A stretch of DNA of 63,048 bases, counting the filler, from Corallochytrium limacisporum Hawaii (lineage: Eukaryota > Protista > Pluriformea), in NCBI GenBank assembly GCA_002811645.1. It is 3 parts of 3 records of this genome, joined end to end, with 100 filler letters (N's around TTAATTAATTAA, not from the genome) between each part and the next. Parts side by side here need not be neighbours in the genome. Positions count along the whole stretch, not along the records: positions 1 to 31,328 come from PDIP01000118.1; 2 more parts are not named here. One strand, given 5' to 3'. The notes beneath the pieces were generated by a model. It saw nothing but the letters and a program-made list of their open reading frames with translations, did no database searches and was not told the DNA's origin. Position 1 is the first letter of the stretch, and each line of letters begins with the position of its first letter. The position numbers and the translations under genes were made by a program. Shown here one piece after another: positions 11,259 to 22,089 of this stretch.

Positions 11259-14200
11259 ATGGCAGACAACGACGATCTAGTCATTTCATCAGAGGAGAAC
11301 GGGGTGCAAAATATGGAACTGGTGCAGGCACCGCTTAAATTGAGTGAAGATGAAGACGAGGGTGGCGATGATTTTGCGGGTCTAAGCCTTGCGCGGACAA
11401 AGGCAATCATGCATCGCCCGAAGCGGAGACCGTCACAAGCAGTTAAGACACTGCGGTTTGTGGGTGCTGCTGAAGCTAGTGGAGGGACAGATGACAGAGC
11501 CTTCCCGATGATATCCGGGGCTGATGACGATGAGTACGATCCAACTACGGATGCGCCCGATTCGGAGGACTCGGACTATGTAGCCGACGAGGACAGTGGT
11601 GCCGATGATCACGGTCCACCAAATGCCGCGGCAACTGTACACATCCAAGAGGAATTGAGCGGCATTCATAATGAGAAGGAAGCGCAGGAACGGGTAGGGA
11701 AGCGAAAGGCAAGGGGCAAAGCCAAGGCGAGGAAGCCAAATGCAAAGAGACCGAAGACTGCAGTAAATGAAGCAAGAGGCACAGATATCGAGACAGAAGG
11801 TACAGGAGGGACGGAAGTAGGTCTTGCTAAGGAAGTAGATGAAGCAGAGCAGGCTGGTGCATGGAACACAGATGATTATGCCCTTTTTGATGAGCATACG
11901 GATCTCTTTCAAGGCCGCGACTTTGGGGGCATTGATCTCAAGCCCGACCACCGCGACCGGCCTGTGTGGATCACACCAGAGGGCCGAATTTTTCTCGAGA
12001 CCTTTTCTCCTGTCTATGAGCAAGCGTACGATTTCCTCATTGCCATTGCCGAGCCGGTCTGTCGTCCACAATTTATTCACGAGTATCAGATCACGTCATA
12101 CTCCCTGTATGCGGCTGCGTCCGTCGGATTGCAGACTAATCACATTGTAGAGGTGCTGGAACGCCTCTGTAAGTCAGCTATCCCCGAAAATTTGGCACGC
12201 TACATTCGCTTCTGCACAGAGTCATATGGTCGACTCAGCTTAGTCCTTCGCGGTAACAACTACTACATTGAGAGCCCTTACTTGCACATGCTCCAACGAT
12301 TGCTAGAAATACCGGACATTCAGAGTGCTATCGTCAGACAGTCGACCCCAACGAAAGACGGGTCTGTGGACCGTGGAGATATTATCTTCCGTCGCCGTCG
12401 TGGAGCGGCAGATCTGGAGGCCTCGCGGGTAGCGATTGCTGGATTCCGCACGGCCGAGGACAAAGAGAAGGAGAAGCGCGCGGCAGAAATTGCAAAAGAG
12501 CTGCAAGCAAGTCGTGAACTAGCAGAAGAAATGGGGGATGAATTTTTTAACGAAACAGAAACTCCTGAAGGTGAGACTAACCTAGCAAGTGGCAGCAGGT
12601 CTGCGACGATGAAGACCAAGTCGACTGGGTCCACATCCCAACATCATGAGGATGGAGTAGCGTTGGCTGGCCGCGGCTTGGTCGGTGAGAATGTAGTTCT
12701 CGACGATGCTGAACGAGAGCGTCGTGAAAGACGTCGGCGGTTGGAGAAACTGGAAGAGATAGAGGTACGATCTCGGGCCACACAGCGACAAAAGGCCCCT
12801 GTATCGCCAAACGCCGCGGAGGGCAACAACGTCGAAGACACAGAGGTAGCGGATGAAGTGATCGCCATTGGCAGCGACACCGGCGGCGAGGAACCAGTAA
12901 GGGTTGCGGAGGACATATATGAGGCGATTGATCGTTATGCGGAACATTTGGATCAGGAGGATGAAGACTTGGAAGAGGGTGATAATCCGGAGGGAGTTGG
13001 TAAGGCGTGGCACGCTTTTCAGATCGCTCAGGAGCACGTGGAGAAGGTAAAGTCGTTGGCGTCTGGTATGCATATGCCCTTACTAGAGGAGTATGATTTT
13101 CGCGAGGACAAACGAAATCCTGTACTCTATGTGGATATCAAGCCTACCACCAAGTTGCGGGATTACCAGGAAAAGAGTCTATCCAAGATGTTTGGTAGAG
13201 GACGTGCACGCAGCGGAGTGGTATGTCTACCATGTGGTGCAGGCAAGACCCTGGCTGGAGTTAGTGCAATCTGCACGATTAAGAAACGCACTGTAGTGCT
13301 GTGTACCTCTGTTGTGGCGGTGGAACAGTGGCGCAGCCAGTTGAAGATGTGGACCACAGCGAACGACAACATGATTACCCGATTCACCGCCCAGCACAAG
13401 GATCCGCCTGTGGAAAACGGTGTCTTCATCACTACATACTCGATGATGGCGCACCAGGGTCGGCGCACGAAAGAAGCCCAGAAGGTTCTCGACTTTGTAA
13501 CGGGCCTTGAATGGGGCATGATCATTCTCGATGAGGTGCACGTTGTGCCGGCGTCCATGTTCCGTCGGGTGTTGACCGTTGTTCAAGCACACCACAAACT
13601 CGGACTTACTGCCACCCTGGTTCGCGAGGATGACAAGATCATGGACCTTAAGTACTTGATCGGACCCAAACTTTACGAGGCCAACTGGATAGACTTGCAG
13701 AAGAAGCGGTACATTGCGAATGTGAGTTGTGCCGAAGTGTGGTGCCCGATGACTCCAGAATTCTTCCGCGAGTACCTAGCCCTGGAGTATAGTCAACTCA
13801 AGCAGAAATTGCTTTGGATCATGAATCCGAACAAGTTTCATGCAGTACAAGCTCTGATCACTTACCATGAGATGCGGGGCGACAAGATAATTGTCTTTTC
13901 CGACAACATCTTTGGTCTTGAGCGCTACGCACGCAAGCTTGACAAACCATACATTTACGGCAAAACATCAAACGGAGAACGGTTGAACTTGCTACAACAA
14001 TTTCAGCATAATCCGAAACTGAACTGCATCTTCATGTCCAAAATCGGGGACAATTCGTTTGATCTCCCTGACGCCAACGTGTTGATCCAAATTTCTAGCC
14101 ATTACGGCAGTCGTCGCCAGGAAGCACAACGCTTGGGGCGAATCCTTAGGCCGAAGAGGGGCAGCAACCCCGATGAGTTCAACGCGTTTTTTTACTCTGT

Positions 14201-14594
14201 TGTATCTGAGAACACTGCGGAGATGTATTATTCAAGCAAACGACAGCAATACCTTATGGACCAGGGCTACTCTTTTAAGGTACTTACCTTCGAAGATCTT
14301 ATGGAAATTACGCGGGGGCGCTTCGAGCCCTCATACAAGAGCCGGGAAGCGCAGCTGGACTTGCTCCTTCAGGTACGCGCAGCTGGCGAGGAGGCCGCAT
14401 TAGACGAGTTTCTGAGGGACGAGGACGAGTCTGCCGAGGCACGGGAACGGCGCACCAAGCGCCGCATGGCTACCATGTCCGCTATTTCCGGCGCTGATGA
14501 CATGGTCTACCTCGAGATGGAACGCGAACGACCCGTTTATGGTGAATCAAGGCAGCAACAGCGCAGACGTCAGGCGCGAAACCAAAATGATTGA
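11259..14594 (+). CDS. ERCC3: TFIIH helicase/translocase XPB (Ssl2/Rad25), paralogue B, more canonical
   Basis: LKPDHRDRPVWI..GRIFLETFSP, LPCGAGKT, DEVH, TATLVREDDKI, SSHYGSRRQEAQRLGRILR, and C-terminal TMSAISGADDMVY matching the human TMSSMSGADDTVY segment. Confidence 0.95.
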   Translation: MADNDDLVISSEENGVQNMELVQAPLKLSEDEDEGGDDFAGLSLARTKAIMHRPKRRPSQAVKTLRFVGAAEASGGTDDRAFPMISGADDDEYDPTTDAPDSEDSDYVADEDSGADDHGPPNAAATVHIQEELSGIHNEKEAQERVGKRKARGKAKARKPNAKRPKTAVNEARGTDIETEGTGGTEVGLAKEVDEAEQAGAWNTDDYALFDEHTDLFQGRDFGGIDLKPDHRDRPVWITPEGRIFLETFSPVYEQAYDFLIAIAEPVCRPQFIHEYQITSYSLYAAASVGLQTNHIVEVLERLCKSAIPENLARYIRFCTESYGRLSLVLRGNNYYIESPYLHMLQRLLEIPDIQSAIVRQSTPTKDGSVDRGDIIFRRRRGAADLEASRVAIAGFRTAEDKEKEKRAAEIAKELQASRELAEEMGDEFFNETETPEGETNLASGSRSATMKTKSTGSTSQHHEDGVALAGRGLVGENVVLDDAERERRERRRRLEKLEEIEVRSRATQRQKAPVSPNAAEGNNVEDTEVADEVIAIGSDTGGEEPVRVAEDIYEAIDRYAEHLDQEDEDLEEGDNPEGVGKAWHAFQIAQEHVEKVKSLASGMHMPLLEEYDFREDKRNPVLYVDIKPTTKLRDYQEKSLSKMFGRGRARSGVVCLPCGAGKTLAGVSAICTIKKRTVVLCTSVVAVEQWRSQLKMWTTANDNMITRFTAQHKDPPVENGVFITTYSMMAHQGRRTKEAQKVLDFVTGLEWGMIILDEVHVVPASMFRRVLTVVQAHHKLGLTATLVREDDKIMDLKYLIGPKLYEANWIDLQKKRYIANVSCAEVWCPMTPEFFREYLALEYSQLKQKLLWIMNPNKFHAVQALITYHEMRGDKIIVFSDNIFGLERYARKLDKPYIYGKTSNGERLNLLQQFQHNPKLNCIFMSKIGDNSFDLPDANVLIQISSHYGSRRQEAQRLGRILRPKRGSNPDEFNAFFYSVVSENTAEMYYSSKRQQYLMDQGYSFKVLTFEDLMEITRGRFEPSYKSREAQLDLLLQVRAAGEEAALDEFLRDEDESAEARERRTKRRMATMSAISGADDMVYLEMERERPVYGESRQQQRRRQARNQND

Positions 14595-15644
14595 GCACAT
14601 AGCACAATACACAAGTATGAATAAAAACATCATGAGAAGAGCACACGGAACGTGAACAAGCATCATGCGCTTCTAAAGAATAGTCTGTTGCAATATGACA
14701 CTACCTCACCTCACCTCATCACTCCAACGTCTCCTTCCCCCCCCCCCTTTTCCTGTTACCCATGGGGCGGGGTCCAGGTCGTTGAGTCACTGCCGCGTCC
14801 AGACAATGAGAGAAATGGGTCATGCGGTTTTATGATCGGCCCGTGCCCTTTGCGTTTACGCAAAATGCCAGGACAGTTTAGGGCAAGGTGGCCCTGGCGC
14901 GCAAAGCCCCGTTTCCACCCCTGCCCAGGTTGGGGGGGGGGGAGGGGGAAGGGAAAGAACTTGAGAGGGCCCCGCTAAATTCTTTCACACAGGAAGAATT
15001 CCTTTTTCGAACCCTTCGCTGATCCTGCAGTTCGCTTTGCGTAAGATAAATTCGTAACTGTTGACCATACATTTCTTATTGCCAGTGTGGTTGATTTCAA
15101 AAGCGATGAGAAAGAGTACCCGCACTGCTTGCCATCGCGGGCAGGTGGCGGTGCGTCTTGGGGTGTCCAATAACAACAAACAATGTGTATCAACGGACAG
15201 CCACAAGCCATTCCGGTGACGAAAAATAATACAGCAGCACGTCCATCATTCGTTCCACTCTTCGTACGAATCGAACACTGCTGCCTTGCTGGTAGTGGCC
15301 GTGTCCGAACGTTTTCGCAGAAGTGAGTGTGACGGTGATGGGAACAAACCTTGGGAAGAGAGCTTGATACCACAACAACACCTTTTTTGGATGCCAGCAT
15401 TTTTATTCTTGTGCACTTAAATAGGACCTGCATTAGTCTGAGGTATTTCTGCAGTGTGATTTTCTGGAGGATTATGTAAGTCGAAGTCCGATCAAACGAC
15501 TCCGGGGACTAAAGTTACGGGAAAGACTCTAGCATTCGATCTCGAGTTCTCTCAATTGTTCGCCTGTGATAACAAGTTGACAAACTTGTCAAAACATCAA
15601 GCTTCCAAAGTATAGTAGACCGACAACAACAGAGGCACAACGAC

Positions 15645-17459
15645 ATGAAGTTCAAAAGAAGTGCGTCTTCTTCTGAAGCGACCTCCACAATTCCTCCGTC
15701 CACGGGACGCCTATCAAATCGGGACAAAGCAACATGGGGCATCCGGCACTTTGCCGAACGTGTCAATGCCTTCAATCGCGAGAAAGATCACACTCCAGTG
15801 CACCTTAGTCGCACGGATATCATTTTGACTTATCTCTTTCCTTTGATCTGGGGTGTACTGATTGCCCTATGGATTGTTGCGCGGGAAGTCCTCGACCCTG
15901 GCGTACCAGATGGTATTGTCTTGTCGACTGCGACCAGTCGCACCTCCGACGTGACCAACGCGGACTCCTTTAACTATGGTGGCACACTCGCAGCCTTTGA
16001 CCTGAATTTCACCAACATACAAACCAACGAGGCTGTTGGCTACACTGCGCATTTCGTCTACGATGAGTCGGACATCTGTGGAGATATCCTGACGCGAGGT
16101 CCGGAAACGGGCTACGGGCTTGCTAACGCAGCCGACAAGATTACACGCACTCCGACGAATGAGAATGGAGGCGGTGGTAACGGAGGAGGCAATGGCAATG
16201 GCGGCGGAAGTGGAAGCGGTGATGGCGGCGGAAGTGGAAGCGGTTCAGGTGACAGTAACGGACGTGGAGTGCTGGAAGTGCTCGATCTCTTCGTCTGCAA
16301 TCCCACCGCTGTGACTGACAGCAAATCATTGGTACAAAATTCCTTGTGGGATAGAGCTCGGGCTTTTGTTTTGCTGGAGACGGAGACGGAGACGGAGGCG
16401 ACCGACCTGTCGTTTGCGTTGCAGTTCTTGCAGTTTCCTCCTGGCGCAGATTTCAATCCTGAACGAGATACTAGTCGGCTCGCGGACTTGGGCTCACTCT
16501 TCTTCCTACCTGCGAGCGCCAGCGCGACCGTCACTCTGCAGCTCACGCGGCATCTCGCCACGAAGGGTGAGTCGAATCGAGTGGCTTTGTCGGTGACCGT
16601 GCTGTCCATGGTGCACCATCCTGATATGGGATGTAGGCTAGAGGATGGCTTTGCTGTCCTTTCCAACCAGGACGGCGTGCCGCGTTGTGTGCGATTCCTT
16701 ATGGTTCCCTCGGTGTTTGAGATCCAGCAGCAGGCCGAAGCCAACACCTTTTCTGCTGTATTGAATGGCATTGCGGCTGGAGGTGGCTACGTGACGGTGA
16801 TTGCGGTGGTGCTCGGCGCTGTGGGATACTGGATCAATCGTTCAACCAGGGGTTATCGTCGGCAGCAGATTCATGGCCAATCCCCTGACCATTTAGCACC
16901 CTACCCGATCCATGGCCATTCTGAGGGTGATTTCGCGGAGGTCGTTCATCCGGACATGGAGCCCTATAATCAACAGCATCCGCCTCAGAGCTGGCAGCAT
17001 CCAACTCCAAATGGCTACCCAGCGGGTGCTACAGGACACGAAGATGCCTTTATCCCGCCACCCAATATGCCCTCAGTGTATGACCAACAAGCCCAACAGC
17101 AAGCATCGCTAGCGCAGCAAGCGGGGGACAAACATCTAGACACATCCCGTGGCATTGATTCCAGAACAGAAACCGCCACCGATTTGAATTCCACCCAGAG
17201 GCCGTCGACAACATCGCATTCGTCATTTGCGGGGCCACAGCCCCGTGGTGACACTTACTTTGGCGCCGGTGATGAAGCGACCGAGTCACGAAGAGACTCG
17301 AACGCATCGGTTGGGATGACATCCCCGACTGACGTGCTTCGCGAGACTTACCAGTCGGACGGTAATTATGACACAATCCAGCGCGTCGCCAGTACCTCTG
17401 CCCCCGTGGAAGAAGCCCGCGAGTCCGAGGCCAGCAACGCTCACCTTTTGCCAAAATAA
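15645..17459 (+). CDS. Uncharacterised two-TM membrane protein with a large intervening domain and disordered C-tail (604 aa)
   Basis: TM1 ILTYLFPLIWGVLIALWIVA, TM2 GYVTVIAVVLGAVGYWI. The roughly 300-aa loop has 4 Cys, N-x-T sequons and a Gly/Ser/Asn linker. Pro/Gln/Ser-rich tail. Confidence 0.75.
   Translation: MKFKRSASSSEATSTIPPSTGRLSNRDKATWGIRHFAERVNAFNREKDHTPVHLSRTDIILTYLFPLIWGVLIALWIVAREVLDPGVPDGIVLSTATSRTSDVTNADSFNYGGTLAAFDLNFTNIQTNEAVGYTAHFVYDESDICGDILTRGPETGYGLANAADKITRTPTNENGGGGNGGGNGNGGGSGSGDGGGSGSGSGDSNGRGVLEVLDLFVCNPTAVTDSKSLVQNSLWDRARAFVLLETETETEATDLSFALQFLQFPPGADFNPERDTSRLADLGSLFFLPASASATVTLQLTRHLATKGESNRVALSVTVLSMVHHPDMGCRLEDGFAVLSNQDGVPRCVRFLMVPSVFEIQQQAEANTFSAVLNGIAAGGGYVTVIAVVLGAVGYWINRSTRGYRRQQIHGQSPDHLAPYPIHGHSEGDFAEVVHPDMEPYNQQHPPQSWQHPTPNGYPAGATGHEDAFIPPPNMPSVYDQQAQQQASLAQQAGDKHLDTSRGIDSRTETATDLNSTQRPSTTSHSSFAGPQPRGDTYFGAGDEATESRRDSNASVGMTSPTDVLRETYQSDGNYDTIQRVASTSAPVEEARESEASNAHLLPK
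16166..16260 (+). repeat. Gly/Ser/Asn-coding low-complexity repeat, including a 21-bp direct repeat GGCGGCGGAAGTGGAAGCGGT x2
   Basis: Directly visible at 16200-16220 and 16224-16244. Confidence 0.8.
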
Positions 17460-18208
17460 GTGGAGCGTAACACTGCGGACTAGCCAGGTAGTAGATGGAG
17501 GACCCAACTCCCAATCTCGTATCCCAATATATACTTTTGAATCCTACAGACCCTCAGCCACACATGCAAATTCTGACAATTCGGATCTCCAACTCCTGGA
17601 CAGTTCTGGCAGAATAAACAGGCCCCCGCTCCCCGATTCAGCGTATCATGTAGAATACGAGAAAACGCTTGGGAGTGGGGGGCCTTCCCTCTGCCCCTAT
17701 CGTCGTCTTCCGGTTTGGAACAAAGCTTCAGGAGGACTTGGATCTCCCCTACCCTCTCTGCTGAGGGGGGTGTTTTTACATTGGCTACTGGCGTGTGCCC
17801 GGCTCTTGGCACACTATCCAACCCCCTCTCTGGCTTCCCGGTCGGCTAAAATTTTTTTTAACCCCTTCACCAGCCGTTATTCCGGAACGCTTGGCCCCCC
17901 CCGGGGGGCAGAGAACAGAAACTGAGAACCCGTGCTTGGGACCCAGTCGGTAGGAAGCGGGGAGAGTGTGTTGACGCATGACTCGGTTTGTTCTAGGGGA
18001 ATCACCTCTGGCAGCGGACGGTGTTTGGGAAGAGAGTTGTATGACTCCTGCTCTCTGCTGGGGATGAAGAAACCTTTTGATAACGTCTAGGAGGTATTTA
18101 TCGTTCGCAGTGCGGGGCCATCGTAAAGATCCCCTATAGATCCCAGTAGTATAAGCACTCATTTCCTCGTATCTATTGGGCATAGAACACTTAGTCACGT
18201 CTAGAACC

Positions 18209-19213
18209 ATGCTGATGCTTCGCACCGCCCGACCGGTGGTCGGCCTGATGCCCACTAGCAGCTTCAATATGGTCAAGGGTAACTTGGCCTGTACTCGTGC
18301 CTTCACCACAGTCATGCGCAACCAGAGGCCCACCATAACCAATAACTTCGCGGGAATCAAGCAGCTTCGTACATTTTCCACCAGTCGTGGCGGTCAGACG
18401 TCCGTGATAACCCGGCGGTCTGACACAAGCGGCTACATGTGGGCTGGTGCTGGTGCTCTTGCACTTCTCGGTCTTGGGTACATTGCTCAGGATAATACTC
18501 GCGCTGCCCAAACCGGCGAACCTACGGTAGTCAACGGCCAGGTCGTGGCACAATGGCCAGCATATGTCCAGTCTCGCCTGCGCAAAACTTACACTTACGT
18601 GCTTGGCGGTATCGGCTTGACAGCTGTGTCTGCGGTCTACGTCTTCCGCTCCTCGTTGGGTATGCGTCTGGCGACTATGAATCCTTTGGTCGTGGCCGGC
18701 ATGACTATGGTGGGTACTATCGGGTGCATGATCACTGCCCAGGCTGCCGAGAGTGATACGATTAAGCATGTTGCTTGGGTTGGTTTCAATGGTTTTATCG
18801 GTATGAGCTTATTTCCATTGGCTGCAGTCGCCGGTCCCATCCTGACCCAGGCCGCTCTGGCAACTGCCGGCGTGATCGGCGCCATCTCTCTTGTTGCCAT
18901 GACCGCCCCTGACGAAGCACATCTTTCCATGCGTGGCCCCCTCGCTGTAGGTCTCGGAGTCGTGTTTGCCGCATCCATTGGCCAGCTCTTCTTGCCGGCC
19001 ATGCCTTTGCTCTACAATGTCTCCTTGTATGGTGGTATGCTCGTCTTTGGTGGCTTCACTTTCTACGACACTCAGAAGATCATCACTCGTGCCAAGACAC
19101 GCCAGGACTTCCACCCTCTGAACGAGAGTATTTCATTGTACCTTGACATTGTCAACATTTTCACTCGCATGGTGCAGATCTTCATGAACCAGGGTAATAA
19201 TCGGCGTCGGTAA
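18209..19213 (+). CDS. GHITM: Bax inhibitor-1 family mitochondrial inner-membrane protein GHITM/MICS1
   Basis: Presequence-like N-terminus, WPAYVQSRLRKTY, multiple TMs, LYGGMLVFGGFTFYDTQKII, SISLYLDIVNIFTRM, basic C-terminus NRRR. First ATG at 18209 (AACCATG). Confidence 0.9.
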   Translation: MLMLRTARPVVGLMPTSSFNMVKGNLACTRAFTTVMRNQRPTITNNFAGIKQLRTFSTSRGGQTSVITRRSDTSGYMWAGAGALALLGLGYIAQDNTRAAQTGEPTVVNGQVVAQWPAYVQSRLRKTYTYVLGGIGLTAVSAVYVFRSSLGMRLATMNPLVVAGMTMVGTIGCMITAQAAESDTIKHVAWVGFNGFIGMSLFPLAAVAGPILTQAALATAGVIGAISLVAMTAPDEAHLSMRGPLAVGLGVVFAASIGQLFLPAMPLLYNVSLYGGMLVFGGFTFYDTQKIITRAKTRQDFHPLNESISLYLDIVNIFTRMVQIFMNQGNNRRR

Positions 19214-19369
19214 GACATGAAACCAACCATTCTTTGTTTGTACCGTTTGTACTGTCGTTTGATGATACAACAAATACTTATGAAAATAGAATACAATATG
19301 CATTCATAGATCAAATATGTTTCTTTCTTACTTCAAGTGTTCACGTGCATCAGCTTCCACTCATTTCGC

Positions 19370-21325
19370 TCAGTGAAAGATCGCCTCCACAAAAATACCA
19401 ATGACACCGACCACAATCTCGGCAACAATGAGCCAGATGACGATCCACTCCAATTTCTCGGAATGAATATTGTCCTGCTCGTCCTTAAGCATACCCAAAA
19501 TGCCGTGAACAACCATAAGACGCTGGTTGAGGACATCAACGCGCTTCTTAATGTCCAGATAGCTCCGCACGGCCATGTAGAGGTCCTGCAGTTCGTCCGG
19601 TTCCTCCCAAAGGAAGTCGGGCGTGTCCAGCACGTTGCTCACAAGATTGATGGCACACATTTGTGTGAACAGGTATCCAATGCGCTTAGCGACTTGTTTG
19701 CGGGTCAAGTTAATGGCACCAGTACGGGCCAAATCCGCCGGTACGTGCTGTGTCAGTTCGATCAGGTCACTGATGGTTTCTTCGAACACAAACAGTTTGG
19801 TGGACTGGCTCATGGCGTACGAGATCGCCATCTTCAATTGGTAATCATGCTTCGTGTTTAGGGTTATAACATCATTCGAGATCCTCGGTTGTTCACTCTC
19901 CGCATACACGAAATCGAACTCGTCAAATTGGACCTCCTCCTTTTCCAGTTTCTTCTGTTCGTAGGGTTGGAGTTCGTAAAGCACCTCACGCTCTTGCACC
20001 TCGCTCAATCCCCACATGACCACACAGCCGTAGTCAAAATAAAAGATCTCACCCACCGGGTCCTGCCCAGCTGTGCTCACCGGGAGAACGTAATGCGCGT
20101 ACATGGCTTCCTGGAAGATCTGTGGACTGCCATGCAGACGGTACTCGTAGCGTTTGTACTTTTCACGCAAATGCTCTTTGAGTTTCGGCAGACGATACGC
20201 CTTGGCCGTGCTGTAGACAGTCACACGCCCACTTTCCAGTTCTGCGACTACCCCGCCCGACGGCTGCGAGGCCAGGTGCTGTTGCTGCTCGTCACGAGAG
20301 TCCGAGCTGCTATCGTCCTTACCGTTGGTACCGTAGGGTATGTCCTTGCCCATGTCCCGCCAGCTCACATCCTCGTCCTCGACCCCTTCGTTCTCCTCGT
20401 ATTCTGCAGTGTACTCGTCTTCGGACTCTTCGTAACGTGTGCGCCGCTTCGCGGGCTGCGTGTACTCGTGCTCAAATGCTCCGTGATGCGATGGAGATGG
20501 CTGTCTCGCTTTCTTCGTCGCTTTGGAGGATTTTTCTGGCAGTTTCGCAGAACTGGTGATTTCGGCGGCTGCCCTATCCGGCCCTTGCCCAGGTCCAGGG
20601 TCCGACGAACGAACAGCAGCTCCACCGGACTCGCTGCTCCTCCGCTTTGGCTGTGAAGCTGTGGCTTGAGTATTAGATTGATGAGTCGATGCTGTTGTGG
20701 TAGTTATAGTTGCTGGAGCTGCGGGACTCAACTGTCCACTGGGGGCCGTAGCAGACGCGGACGCTCCCGCAGGTGTAACCGTTGTCGTGGACTTAGTGCG
20801 GGAAGGCAGAACCACGACTTTACTTTCTTTCAGTTCCTTTCGCTTTGCTTGGGCCAGGTGCAGGCCGGCGCTACTGGTACCAACTTTACCTGTGAATGGA
20901 TTTGTAACTGCGGTCGGATCCTTGCCTTTACTGCTACTGCCTTTGCCCGTATTGGAGGCTCCGTCAGAGCCCTTTGTGGCGCTGCTAGTGCTGCCACCGC
21001 TCAGCAAAGCCGGGACCTTGCTAAGGCCCCGAGTAAGGGCGTTGGTGGAGGATGCAATGCCCGTTGTGGCAGCTCCCGGTGGTCTTGTCTGCTGTGGTCC
21101 CAGGGCTTCGCTGACGTTTGGCGTCATTTGCGACACGGATCCCGCAGGGTGCTGGTGCGAATGTGTGTGTTGGCCATGCACATCGATGGATGCCTGTCCG
21201 TAGTGAGCGTGAGGACCGGCGCCAACTCCCAGCAGCGGCTGAAACTCGTTCTCATTGGGGGCACTGCCATCGCTAGCAATTTCGATGCGCTCGTCATCAT
21301 GGGATTTACTACGACCTAATGGCAT
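19370..21325 (-). CDS. RMD1: RMD1/Sif2-type DUF155 protein with long disordered N-terminus
   Basis: RVTVYSTAKAYRL, IFYFDYGCVVMWG, KMAISYAMSQSTKL, SNVLDTPDFLW, YLDIKKRVDVLNQR, LEWIVIWLI C-terminal TM. First ATG at 21325. Confidence 0.85.
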   Translation of the reverse strand: MPLGRSKSHDDERIEIASDGSAPNENEFQPLLGVGAGPHAHYGQASIDVHGQHTHSHQHPAGSVSQMTPNVSEALGPQQTRPPGAATTGIASSTNALTRGLSKVPALLSGGSTSSATKGSDGASNTGKGSSSKGKDPTAVTNPFTGKVGTSSAGLHLAQAKRKELKESKVVVLPSRTKSTTTVTPAGASASATAPSGQLSPAAPATITTTTASTHQSNTQATASQPKRRSSESGGAAVRSSDPGPGQGPDRAAAEITSSAKLPEKSSKATKKARQPSPSHHGAFEHEYTQPAKRRTRYEESEDEYTAEYEENEGVEDEDVSWRDMGKDIPYGTNGKDDSSSDSRDEQQQHLASQPSGGVVAELESGRVTVYSTAKAYRLPKLKEHLREKYKRYEYRLHGSPQIFQEAMYAHYVLPVSTAGQDPVGEIFYFDYGCVVMWGLSEVQEREVLYELQPYEQKKLEKEEVQFDEFDFVYAESEQPRISNDVITLNTKHDYQLKMAISYAMSQSTKLFVFEETISDLIELTQHVPADLARTGAINLTRKQVAKRIGYLFTQMCAINLVSNVLDTPDFLWEEPDELQDLYMAVRSYLDIKKRVDVLNQRLMVVHGILGMLKDEQDNIHSEKLEWIVIWLIVAEIVVGVIGIFVEAIFH

Positions 21326-22089
21326 GACTTTCAGTTGATGCTCTGTTATCGTGTATATTTCTCTTTCTATTCCAAACAATCGGTCGTTTTGCTATTTAAT
21401 TGAAGTATATATGCATATCTGGTATTTGTATCACCCTTTCCATCCTTGGTGTTGTGTTGTGATCCGATCTACAGCTGTTCTCCATGAAGTATATCTGGCA
21501 CTGCACAGGTGTCAAATATCGCTTGGGACATAGCTACAGTGACCCATTTTTCTCGACTTCATTCGACATCCATCTGACATTCCCTTAAATATCAGTTCCG
21601 TCAATTATTATGGTCTTGATAAAAGGTATGATATTCAATCCTTTGGTACGGAATATGCCCACAACAACAACCCCCCTTTTCCCATCGCAAATTCGTCACA
21701 CCCTGCGTGCTCCCGTGCGGGGCGGTTCGGGCTCGCCTACCCTAACCCTCTTCGCCTCACCCGAACGAAGAGAAACTGTGGGCCTCCTCGTCCAAACCCC
21801 CCCCCCCCCCGGGGGGAGTTTGTCCACTAAGGCGGCTCAACCCACCAAGAACCACCAACGCCGCCAGCCTGCCCCTGCCCTCCTCCTCGCAAAACAATTT
21901 TCCTTCGTTTGCGTTACGAAAAGAGAAAGTCGGGGGAGGGGGGGGGGTGTAAAAGACCCTCAGCGTACATTGTACCCAGACGGAGCAACACACTCTCGAC
22001 TCCCCGGGGCTTTTGGATGGGAGGGACCGAAGGCAAGCCGCCGCTTTCAAATCAATAAAAAATACCCTCATAAATCAATTTGAGAGAGC

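Noticed and set aside
15476-15632. Possible 5'UTR intron (GTAAGT...ACAG) before the 604-aa gene
   Set aside because: No convincing branch point or pyrimidine tract; cannot be supported without transcripts.
19337-21319. Long antisense ORFs over RMD1 (likewise over XPB, GGA, IleRS and the PTB gene)
   Set aside because: Shadow ORFs expected from codon bias on the opposite strand of real genes.
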